Virus record (IMG/VR): IMGVR_UViG_3300046171_000308
DNA: 20,000 bases
Origin: an uncultured virus (IMG/VR IMGVR_UViG_3300046171_000308)
Taxonomy: Duplodnaviria; Heunggongvirae; Uroviricota; Caudoviricetes
Direction: 5' to 3' (one strand)
Part shown: positions 8,355 to 16,020 of the stretch, in pieces
Layout: every line of letters starts with the position of its first letter
Numbering within the stretch: position 1 is the stretch's first letter
Notes under the pieces: generated by a model
Database searches by the model: none
Told to the model about the DNA's origin: nothing
Seen by the model: the letters and a program-made list of their open reading frames with translations, nothing else
Made by a program: the position numbers and the translations under genes

Positions 8355-8484
8355 TAAAGTATACTTCTACACTTTGTAGCTGGGAGTATAAAGTAATAAC
8401 ACAAAGAAACGACAATACACTTATGTTCATGATGTAAACGTAGTACAGAGTGCAAATAGTGTTTTGACACGTGGCGGAATTATC

Positions 8485-9150
8485 ATGTCAAAGAAAAGAG
8501 GTGGGCAGAGAAAGTTTAGAAATCTATTCACTGGAAGCAAAGAAGAAGATGAAAGTGATATTTTACCCTCTGAAGAAGAAAGTGATGAAAGTAAAACCAA
8601 GTCCTGGAAACGGATACGGTCCAAACAATTTATGGAAATATTTTCTGATATGTATGGTGAGCTCCCACCAGAACATCCTGACATAGACAAGTTCAAACCA
8701 AAGGCTGTTAGATTAACTGGCTCTACTATTGGATATGTGGAAGCCTTGAGAAAGATGCAAAAGCTCGGAATGTTTTCTGATATCCCTACAGAAGTAGTAG
8801 CTCAGATGGAGAGTGAAGTTAGAGGTATGTATATTTTCAATCATAAAGATGCTGATATGCTAAATTATCCGTTAATGATGCATATTGCTGTTAGGTTTCT
8901 CTATTGGTATATGTTAGGCGCTAACAAATCTACTGCCTCTATGTTAAGATATATGACTAAGATGGATGGTAATGCTTTCAAATTGAAAACTCAGCGATTA
9001 AAGGTAGACCAAGGCTTCATCTTAGAACAAGAAGCTTTGGCAGAACTGGGTTATATTGAAGAATTAGAAATAGAAGAGTTAGAAGAAGAGTTACCGACAG
9101 AAGTAGACGAAGATGAATTTGATTTCGAAGGATTGGAAGGAATACTATAA
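8485..9150 (+). CDS. Hypothetical protein with a long acidic tail (probable start ATG 8485; track start is TTG 8464)
   Basis: Long ORF with a basic N-terminus, helical core and E/D-rich C-terminus. The upstream TTGACACG..GGAATTAT context resembles that of gene 12759. Confidence 0.75.
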   Translation: MSKKRGGQRKFRNLFTGSKEEDESDILPSEEESDESKTKSWKRIRSKQFMEIFSDMYGELPPEHPDIDKFKPKAVRLTGSTIGYVEALRKMQKLGMFSDIPTEVVAQMESEVRGMYIFNHKDADMLNYPLMMHIAVRFLYWYMLGANKSTASMLRYMTKMDGNAFKLKTQRLKVDQGFILEQEALAELGYIEELEIEELEEELPTEVDEDEFDFEGLEGIL

Positions 9151-9386
9151 CCTGCGAGCTGCCATTGCGTGATATTATAGTTCCCATTGTGAACTATCCC
9201 TACTTTTTTAAATTCGTTGTTTCTAGACAAAATATTTACTAAAATGGCCTTAGTGCAGCCATACTTTAGATTCCTATTGTTGTTTAAAAAATCTAAAATT
9301 TCATAAAAATTTCTAACGGAGCCACAGCTCATAAAGTTGACAATTTGGTCAAAGGTTCTCTTGTTTCTGCTTTTTGCTCGACTCAT
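9051..9386 (-). CDS. Small winged-helix-like protein (DUF3860/HARE-HTH-like)
   Basis: FDQIVNFM...RNFYEILDFLN...TKAILVNILSRNNEFKKVG...TQWQL gives three helices plus a wing. TATAATAG and GGTGT lie upstream. The Ser-rich tail overlaps the convergent gene. Confidence 0.6.
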   Translation of the reverse strand: MSRAKSRNKRTFDQIVNFMSCGSVRNFYEILDFLNNNRNLKYGCTKAILVNILSRNNEFKKVGIVHNGNYNITQWQLAGYSIPSNPSKSNSSSSTSVGNSSSNSSISNSSI

Positions 9387-9428
9387 TATTACACCGTATC
9401 TTGGCGTAACGGTGAGGGCTATTATAGG

Positions 9429-9866
9429 TTACGAAGTAAGCTTTATCTCTATCAGCTCTAACGCGGGTGGTCTATCCATCTGCGCAAAGCGGTCTTGATT
9501 AGCTTTGTAATATTTTTTAGTAAATACGTGAGCTTCGTTTTCTGTCTTAAACGCTGCTATGACTCCTAATGGGTGATGGGATTTTTGTGGTCCTTTATCT
9601 ATTACGACTTTAGATTCTATTATAGTGTCGTCACTACCTTCAAGGTCTTTTACTTCGCCGTCTTCAGTAAGACCCTGGGCTTCAGATGCCTTTATTTTAA
9701 TCGTTTCAACTTCGAGTTTCCGACCTAGGTTAGGACAGGCAGACTTTGGACACCATATCCTAACAAATGAAGGGTCATATACAACCCAAAAAGAATCAGT
9801 GAGTACTTCTACCCTTTGAGCTGCTTCCAATGCTTGAAGACGAGCTATTAACTCTTCGTTATCCAT
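9429..9866 (-). CDS. Hypothetical protein
   Basis: GAGGTGA SD at 9871-9877; second gene of the operon. Confidence 0.75.
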   Translation of the reverse strand: MDNEELIARLQALEAAQRVEVLTDSFWVVYDPSFVRIWCPKSACPNLGRKLEVETIKIKASEAQGLTEDGEVKDLEGSDDTIIESKVVIDKGPQKSHHPLGVIAAFKTENEAHVFTKKYYKANQDRFAQMDRPPALELIEIKLTS

Positions 9867-9875
9867 ATAATCACC

Positions 9876-10409
9876 TCAATACAAAGGTGCGTCATTCATG
9901 TTTTTGTAAAATAAAACTTCTATTTTTAGCATTGGGTAACGGGTAAATAGTCGATTGGTTCTGGTAAACTTGTTCTTGATTTTGACGACTTGTTCTTGTT
10001 CATCAAATACTTGAGTATCTACTCTTACAGCTCCAGTACCAAACATTTGCCACCATCCACGTGTAATAGTAAAAGCAACATTTTGAGTATGATTTTCTAA
10101 AATGCAGTTGTTGGTAGGACCTAACCACAAAGTCCACCCGTCTGTTGGGTTCGCTTGATAGCCACTAACTGGAGATAATTCTTTTGACAGTTTATGACAA
10201 AGGTCTCTAGCTGCTTGAGCTTCTTCTTCAGTAGCTATTTTACCGCCATAAGCAATATTGTATGCTTCATTGTAATCTTCGTAGGGGTCAGTTTCAGCCT
10301 CTTTTTTTGGCTTATATGTTCCTTCTTTGTATTTTGTCCACAGTTCAGAAACTTCTTTTTGTGGTTGGCCGGTGTGTGCTCTTCTAAACTGGGTCCAGGT
10401 TAGTTCCAT
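9876..10409 (-). CDS. Hypothetical protein, probable leaderless head of the operon
   Basis: TTATGGTCA-N21-ATG upstream; 177-aa ORF with globular-looking composition. Confidence 0.75.
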   Translation of the reverse strand: MELTWTQFRRAHTGQPQKEVSELWTKYKEGTYKPKKEAETDPYEDYNEAYNIAYGGKIATEEEAQAARDLCHKLSKELSPVSGYQANPTDGWTLWLGPTNNCILENHTQNVAFTITRGWWQMFGTGAVRVDTQVFDEQEQVVKIKNKFTRTNRLFTRYPMLKIEVLFYKNMNDAPLY

Positions 10410-10430
10410 GATTTAGCCATTGTTACATGC

Positions 10431-10439
10431 TGACCATAA
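10431..10439 (-). promoter_or_regulatory. Putative promoter TTATGGTCA-N21-ATG
   Basis: Second exact copy of the 8298-8306 motif at identical spacing, filling a 33-nt intergenic gap. Confidence 0.65.
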
Positions 10440-10442
10440 TAG

Positions 10443-11330
10443 TTATGATTGAGTTAACACTTCTTTGAGGAGCTCTGTATACTGCTTTATTTTGGGTGAA
10501 AGTGTACTTCTAGATACTCCCGTGGCCTTTGTAGCTTCGAGTTGTGTGAGTTTACTGCCACTTTCTCTAGCATATGCAACAATAAACGCCACGACTTTAT
10601 CTCTAATGGCTCCGCGTGGATGAGCAATTTGGTCCCAAACTTCTTGCATTGGTAATATGAAATTGGCGGGTAGTCCTAGTGATGGCGTATAAATTTCTAT
10701 TAGATATGCACCCTCATTATATTCCTCTCCCTTATATTTAGCTATGAATTGTAAAGCTTCTTTGATTAAACCGGTTTCTTTGTATCCCGTCACCTTTTCT
10801 AATAACTCAAACCTAACAGTATCATTCTCCATCATCATGTAGGCACAAGCGGTCTCTAGTACCTTTTTCTTTTTATCCGAGGGGTTATCTATGATAGCAA
10901 AAGGTCCATACTTGGTAAAAAGGGTATAAAATGAAACGATGTTGTCGAACTCTATTGCAAAAAACATGGTGTAAACATCTGTCTCTCCACCTCCTTGCTG
11001 TAGTTCATCTATTATTTCTCTTAATTTCTTCTGGGTATCTCTATACATAGCTTCTTCTGGGGTATCACTTTTGACCATAGCATCTACGGGAGTGCCAATA
11101 CTATCGTTTAACTCGTCATCTTCTCCCTCTCCATCGGTACCGTCCTTTTCTCCGGGTTGAAAGTCTGAATCATTGCTTGCGTCTATGTCTGACTCTGTTC
11201 TAAGAATATACCCGCATATATCGCATTCATAGTAAGGTGGGCGGTAATTGACATCACCAGTAAATGCCCCGCATTCGCTGTCGTCTAAGTAAACGTGGCA
11301 TTCACCGGGACGCAAAAAATTGTTGGACAC
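10443..11330 (-). CDS. tfb: Divergent transcription initiation factor IIB (TFB)-like protein
   Basis: N-terminal Zn ribbon (C11,C20,C36,C39; YYECDICGYIL) and two cyclin-like repeats (LETACAYMMM...LLEKVTGYKETGL; IYTPSLGLP...VVAFIVAYARESGSK). The C-terminal HTH LTQLEATKATGVSRSTLSPKIKQYTELL matches the TFB RTQxEVAxVAGVTEVTIRNRYKEL pattern. Confidence 0.78.
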   Translation of the reverse strand: MSNNFLRPGECHVYLDDSECGAFTGDVNYRPPYYECDICGYILRTESDIDASNDSDFQPGEKDGTDGEGEDDELNDSIGTPVDAMVKSDTPEEAMYRDTQKKLREIIDELQQGGGETDVYTMFFAIEFDNIVSFYTLFTKYGPFAIIDNPSDKKKKVLETACAYMMMENDTVRFELLEKVTGYKETGLIKEALQFIAKYKGEEYNEGAYLIEIYTPSLGLPANFILPMQEVWDQIAHPRGAIRDKVVAFIVAYARESGSKLTQLEATKATGVSRSTLSPKIKQYTELLKEVLTQS

Positions 11331-11529
11331 CTTCTAACCCCCGATACGCTCTACCATCAACGGTCAAGACTGGAGGCCGCTTAGTACCTGTTACGGCGCG
11401 CATTACCTCGTAACCAAACATTGTACTATCTGGTTCGATTAATTCATAGTCCATTTCAGCTTGCTCTATGAGGTTTATTACCTGCTCAGTTGTAGGTTCG
11501 TCCCTCACCCCGAAAAGCTTGACCGGCAT
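11302..11529 (-). CDS. Glutaredoxin-fold protein lacking all cysteines
   Basis: VKLFGVRDEPTT (CPxC position is EPTT), MDYELIE, AVTGTKRPPVLTVDGRAYRG match the Grx TG-x-TVP-x-I-x-DG-x-IGG pattern. Overlaps the tfb start by 29 nt. Confidence 0.75.
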   Translation of the reverse strand: MPVKLFGVRDEPTTEQVINLIEQAEMDYELIEPDSTMFGYEVMRAVTGTKRPPVLTVDGRAYRGLEGVQQFFASR

Positions 11530-11589
11530 GATTAGTGCTAGGGTCTTGCTCGGATAACCTTTTTCCTCACAACTTAACCTGGGAGGTTT

Positions 11590-12285
11590 ATGGAAGAGCT
11601 TGGTAACATATTCAGAAATCTAGGAAAATCTTACACATCATCGGAACCAAAAGAAGACTATGATAAGAAATTAAATGATATACAAGCAGAGCTTTATGGG
11701 ACTATAGATGCTCTTTTGTCTAGGGTTAGAGCCCTTGAACACCAAGTTGCAGAACTGACAGTAGAAGTTAAGGACAGGCCTGATGGGGAATTTACTAACT
11801 TGTTCGATATCATGTCTCCCGAAGAAGTTCTAGGTAGAGCGCCAAAACCTATTGAGCCACTAGAAGCAGAAGACGTCACCAGTGTCAAAGGGTTTGTAGC
11901 ACCCGTACCCCAACAAAGAGTAGAACGAGCTGAGGAATTAACTGGTGAAACTGAAACTACAGATACCACAGATTTCGACCTTCCATCTGAAGATGGGTTA
12001 TCTGAGCTTGAATATGGTATTCTTGATGATGAAGACCCCAACCACTTAGATGCTAGCGAAATAATTACCTACATAGAATCTTATGGTGGTATACTAAACC
12101 AGGAAATGAAAAAGAAAGAAGTCATGCGTGACGATATTTCTGATAAAGACCGAAAGGAAGTTTATGCGCTCCTAGAGAAGTGCGGCGTAAAAACTTACAA
12201 GGCTAACAAGTTTAGAACTTTCTTTTATCTCGGTGCTGAAGATGAAGGCAAAGAGAAGTATGAAAGTTACATGAGTAGAAAGTAA
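11590..12285 (+). CDS. Acidic protein with an N-terminal coiled coil and a possible C-terminal winged-helix domain
   Basis: GGAGGT SD at 11582-11587. Heptads LLSRVRALEHQVAELTVEV; C-terminal ASEIITYIESYGGILNQEMKK...VYALLEKCGVKTYK...RTFFYL. Confidence 0.72.
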   Translation: MEELGNIFRNLGKSYTSSEPKEDYDKKLNDIQAELYGTIDALLSRVRALEHQVAELTVEVKDRPDGEFTNLFDIMSPEEVLGRAPKPIEPLEAEDVTSVKGFVAPVPQQRVERAEELTGETETTDTTDFDLPSEDGLSELEYGILDDEDPNHLDASEIITYIESYGGILNQEMKKKEVMRDDISDKDRKEVYALLEKCGVKTYKANKFRTFFYLGAEDEGKEKYESYMSRK

Positions 12286-12361
12286 AACTACACGTGTCAA
12301 CTTTACTAAAACTATGTTATTGTGATTATTCTTTCGCGCGTACGCATACGCAAGGGAAGCT

Positions 12362-12720
12362 GTGGAAAAACTTTTCCACCCTTTATTTTATAGACCTCAG
12401 TAAGTCGAATAGGTTCTCAAAAGAGTGGAAAAAAGGGTGGGCCACCCTTTTTCCACCCTTTTTTACCAGGCTCTCAGTACCCCTGCCACCCTTTTACCAC
12501 CCTTTTGCAAAAGGGTGGCAAGAAATATTTTCCACCCTTTTTCTCCAGAATTAGGTGCGGGGGGTATTTTTGCAGGAAAAACATGCTTTCTTTATATAGT
12601 CGGTACCAAAAAAGGGTGGAAAGTATAGTTTACCACCCTTTTACCCTGAAAAAAAGTGTTGGTTTTCCACCCTTTTTGCCACCCTTTCAAAAAAAGAGTG
12701 GAAATTATTTACCACCCTTT
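12362..12720. repeat. Iteron-like array (CCACCCTTT); putative replication origin
   Basis: Exact forward copies at 12376, 12442, 12453, 12486, 12497, 12532, 12633, 12667, 12679, 12712. Reverse copies (AAAGGGTGG) at 12432, 12510, 12611; reverse variants (AAAGAGTGG) at 12420, 12693. Lies in the longest non-coding gap, directly upstream of the wHTH-MCM genes. Confidence 0.85.
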
Positions 12721-12746
12721 AGGAATCTTCATAAGCCGTTTGACAC
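12721..12746 (+). promoter_or_regulatory. Putative promoter of the wHTH-MCM operon (AGGAATCTTCATAAGCCGTTTGACAC)
   Basis: 21/26 identical to 15968-15993. Purine-rich BRE-like AGGAA followed by an AT-rich TATA-like core; abuts the last repeat. Confidence 0.65.
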
Positions 12747-12758
12747 GAGAGAGGAATT

Positions 12759-13493
12759 ATGAGCGAAGAACCAGTTAATGTTGATGAATTAATATCGACC
12801 ATAGGAGAAATGGGAGCACAAGACCGTCAGATATTGTTTGAGAGGTTGGGACAATTAGCGCTAGGGTGGTTTCCATCAAGGTCTGCTATCACAGACATTA
12901 TGTTCCCACCAGTTAGAAATAATCAGCGACATGTTAACACTCTCACGCAATGTAGAGAGTTTGTACAGCAGAATGGTTACATTACTCGTAGCCACGTGTC
13001 ACACATAGTAGGAGATATGGATGCTTCAACCTTTAGACGCTCAGTCATCAAAAAGCTCGTCGATGAAGGAGTTATTACTGATAGCAATAGAAAATGGAAA
13101 CGCGATGGCCAAGGCCAAGCACATAAAGTCTACAAAGACAATACTAACAGATATCAGAATTTATCTAGCGACCAACCAACCAAAGTAGCTACAGATTCCA
13201 ACAGCATAGTTAAAGAACCGCAGAAAACCGCAGAGAAGTTTGTGAGAGAAGTTTTGACACAGGCAAGAGCACTTAGTATTGGATACCCATTACGCCCGGG
13301 TCTTATAGCTGCATTACAGCGACTGGGATATACCGATGTTAGTGAATCAGCGCTAAAAAAGTGGTGCGAAGTAGTAAAGCAAGAAGTCAATAAACAAAAG
13401 GAGACTACCCCACAGTTAAATGTCTATAACATATTCAATGGTAAAATTACAGTGAAAACAAATTCAGGAGTGATGATAAATGAGCGAAGATAA
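12759..13493 (+). CDS. Winged-helix DNA-binding protein; candidate origin-binding initiator or helicase loader
   Basis: CREFVQQNGYITRSHVSHIVGDMDASTFRRSVIKKLVDEGVIT is a wHTH pattern, with a possible second HTH at the C-terminus. Lies between the repeat array and mcm, overlapping the mcm start. Confidence 0.68.
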   Translation: MSEEPVNVDELISTIGEMGAQDRQILFERLGQLALGWFPSRSAITDIMFPPVRNNQRHVNTLTQCREFVQQNGYITRSHVSHIVGDMDASTFRRSVIKKLVDEGVITDSNRKWKRDGQGQAHKVYKDNTNRYQNLSSDQPTKVATDSNSIVKEPQKTAEKFVREVLTQARALSIGYPLRPGLIAALQRLGYTDVSESALKKWCEVVKQEVNKQKETTPQLNVYNIFNGKITVKTNSGVMINERR

Positions 13494-15939
13494 TACAATT
13501 ACTGCACAACAAACAGTAGAACCCGAGCCACCAGCAGAAAGTGAACACGTAGGCACTGAACTGTCGCAAGAAGAATTGGACGCAGCAATTCAGGCAAATA
13601 GGAAATATGAGATGAAGCGCTCAGTTCATGCTTGGCTTTGTTTTCATTCTGGTTTGTTTAGCGAATGGGGACTGACCCACGACTACATTGACGATGCTGC
13701 AAATACAACATCTATCAGAATGCATGAAGAAGGTCACTACAGATGGGATAGTGCAATAGAGTCAAGAAGAAATGCGATGTGTTCGTTAAGAACTCAGATA
13801 GGGGTAAATATTACACCAGCCCCAATAGTTTTCGATATAGAAGGTATCGGCTTAGGCTATAATCTCCCTGGTTTTTGTGATATCCCTGATAACGTTTTAG
13901 CTAGCTTTAACACCCTCTTTGACAGAGATGCAGGGTGCCATTATTCTAGTTGGTCCGAGTATTGTAACTATTATCGCAACCTCGCATCCTACTTAGTTTA
14001 CGATTTAGAAGCTGTACTAAATATTCTAAGCGACTTACTTCCTGACTATTTACCTCAAGTTGATAGCGCATGGGCTCAAAGACAACAGAACCGCCATTAT
14101 CGAAAACCTTCAATTCAAGTTTTAGGAGTCCATTGCGACAGAGACAGGACGGTTGGAGAGGCGCTTAGTTCCAGAGAACTCGGCAGATTAGTCCGGGTTC
14201 ATGGACAAATTACGCTACTTTCTCCTAAGAAGACACAGTTTGTTGAAGCAGTTTTCAAGTGCAGTCGCTGCGATAACCCCGACAATCAGATAGTTAGACA
14301 AAACCCATATGACGATGAATTACTTTATCCACTTCCATGTTCAGTCCCAGGTCATACTGGTTGGACTTTACTAGAACCGCCAGAATCTAAGACTATTACA
14401 ATTAGAAGAGCACACATTCAAGACCCCCAAGTTAGTTCTAGCGATTCTCCTGTAGTCTTAGTAGAGTTTCAACAAGAACTAAGCGCTTCAATTGGACCGG
14501 GAGAAGAGGTCGTTTTAGTTGGCTATGTTAGGTCAAGACCAATGAATAAGACTTCTAAAAAAGATAGAAACCGAGAGGTATTTCTAATTGTTACTGGGAT
14601 AGAATCTAGTTCGGTTCAATCCGATATACAAGTCTTGCCAGAAGAAAGAGAAACGATAGAAGCATGGGCCAATGCTCGTTCTTTTAGTGAAAGAATGGCA
14701 GCTTTGACACGCAGCTTTGCACCGCAGATTGTTGGTAGAGATTATGTCAAGCATGCTTTATTATTACAACAGGCTGGTGGTTCATCCAATACGACTCGGC
14801 CTGATATTCATGTTGCTTTGTTCGGAGACCCGGGTACTGGTAAGACTGTTATGGCTCGCGCAGCTTTAGGTTTATCACCCGCTTCAAGATACATTTCTGC
14901 AGAAAGAGCCACTATACCCGGTATGGTTGGTGGCATGTCTACAAAATCAGAGTTGTTTTCAAGCGGCGATAAAAGAGTCATAGTCCCAGGAGTTTTAGCT
15001 TCTGTCGGACCAGGTGGAATTGCTGTTATTGATGAAGCACACTTCCTAGATAGTAGGGGTAAAGATTTGTCAACTCAACTAAATACTGCTTTAGAGACCC
15101 AAGAAGTACCATTAGCAATGGTAGACGGTGGAAAGGTTAGCACAAAGACGCCAGTTCTTTTTGCTGCAAACCCAAAGAAAGGAGACAATACAAGATTCGA
15201 TGAGTCTAGTAGCCTAACTTACGCTGAGCAAGCAGGTATGGCTTCATCTACTCTTTCTAGGGTAGACATACCAATTGTTATGATGGATAAGACACAAAGC
15301 GAAGACGAAGAAATGAGACGCGCCATGTCTGCTTTAATGAGTCTTAATGGAAATTTCAATACGGATAACCCCGACAGTGAGCTACTAGATTTGCGCTTTT
15401 TACAATGTTTCTTTTCTATGGCTAGAGAATTTAGACAAGTTTCTATCCCAATGGATATTATTCAATATATAGCAAAAGAACAAGTACAAAGTAGACTAAA
15501 TCGTACTGATGGAGATAGTGTAAGCAACCGTAGGATAAACTCTGTCGGCAGACTTGCTTGTGCAGCGGCGAAGATTTCTTTCTCTAATGTAGTTACTAAA
15601 GAACACGCAGACTTTGCTATTTCTATTATGTCCAAGACTCTTATGGATATTTCGCCTTCAGCTTCTGAGGGCGGAAAAACTGCTCAGCAAGCGAACCGAG
15701 ACGAGGGAATTTGGAACGCACTTCACTCATATTATGCCTCTACTGAGAAGATAAAAGTCACAATGGGAGATTTTATCGAAGGTATTAGAGAACATTGGAA
15801 TAATGTAAACGAGGGCCCTGTGCCAAAAGAAGTTGCTATCAGGAGAGCGATTACCGGATTCCAAGCTCAGGGCAAAAGACACCCCAAACATGGTGCTTTG
15901 CGCAAGTCAGGACAGGCATGGGGATTTGATAACGATTAA
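13480..15939 (+). CDS. mcm: MCM replicative helicase with an N-terminal extension
   Basis: ELGRLVRVHGQI (OB-fold start), Zn finger CSRC...CSVPGH, FAPQIVGRDYVKHALLLQQAGG, RPDIHVALFGDPGTGKT (Walker A), IAVIDE (Walker B), AANP (sensor 1), LSRVD (Arg finger), SNRRINSVGRLA (sensor 2). Confidence 0.96.
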   Translation: MSEDNTITAQQTVEPEPPAESEHVGTELSQEELDAAIQANRKYEMKRSVHAWLCFHSGLFSEWGLTHDYIDDAANTTSIRMHEEGHYRWDSAIESRRNAMCSLRTQIGVNITPAPIVFDIEGIGLGYNLPGFCDIPDNVLASFNTLFDRDAGCHYSSWSEYCNYYRNLASYLVYDLEAVLNILSDLLPDYLPQVDSAWAQRQQNRHYRKPSIQVLGVHCDRDRTVGEALSSRELGRLVRVHGQITLLSPKKTQFVEAVFKCSRCDNPDNQIVRQNPYDDELLYPLPCSVPGHTGWTLLEPPESKTITIRRAHIQDPQVSSSDSPVVLVEFQQELSASIGPGEEVVLVGYVRSRPMNKTSKKDRNREVFLIVTGIESSSVQSDIQVLPEERETIEAWANARSFSERMAALTRSFAPQIVGRDYVKHALLLQQAGGSSNTTRPDIHVALFGDPGTGKTVMARAALGLSPASRYISAERATIPGMVGGMSTKSELFSSGDKRVIVPGVLASVGPGGIAVIDEAHFLDSRGKDLSTQLNTALETQEVPLAMVDGGKVSTKTPVLFAANPKKGDNTRFDESSSLTYAEQAGMASSTLSRVDIPIVMMDKTQSEDEEMRRAMSALMSLNGNFNTDNPDSELLDLRFLQCFFSMAREFRQVSIPMDIIQYIAKEQVQSRLNRTDGDSVSNRRINSVGRLACAAAKISFSNVVTKEHADFAISIMSKTLMDISPSASEGGKTAQQANRDEGIWNALHSYYASTEKIKVTMGDFIEGIREHWNNVNEGPVPKEVAIRRAITGFQAQGKRHPKHGALRKSGQAWGFDND

Positions 15940-15967
15940 TCACTTTCACTTAGGTAAAAACGGCTAC

Positions 15968-15993
15968 AGGAATCTTTAATAGGCGTTTTACAC
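15968..15993 (+). promoter_or_regulatory. Putative promoter of the annealase-primase operon (AGGAATCTTTAATAGGCGTTTTACAC)
   Basis: 21/26 identical to 12721-12746; TTTAATA TATA-like core after a purine-rich BRE-like element. Confidence 0.68.
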
Positions 15994-16020
15994 CACCTGA
16001 GTTTATTGGAGGAGTATAAA

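Noticed and set aside
12362..12720. Possible CRISPR array
   Set aside because: Repeats are only 9-10 bp, occur in both orientations at irregular spacing, lack uniform unique spacers, and no cas genes are present.
12294..12762. Three overlapping + strand ORFs (12294-12554, 12425-12628, 12505-12762)
   Set aside because: Their F/P/K-rich translations come from the CCACCCTTT repeats; they have non-ATG starts and no convincing SD. The region is better explained as a non-coding origin.
13480..15939. Intein in MCM
   Set aside because: Walker A and the other AAA+ motifs are uninterrupted and no intein splice-junction or LAGLIDADG motifs are seen; the extra length is N-terminal.
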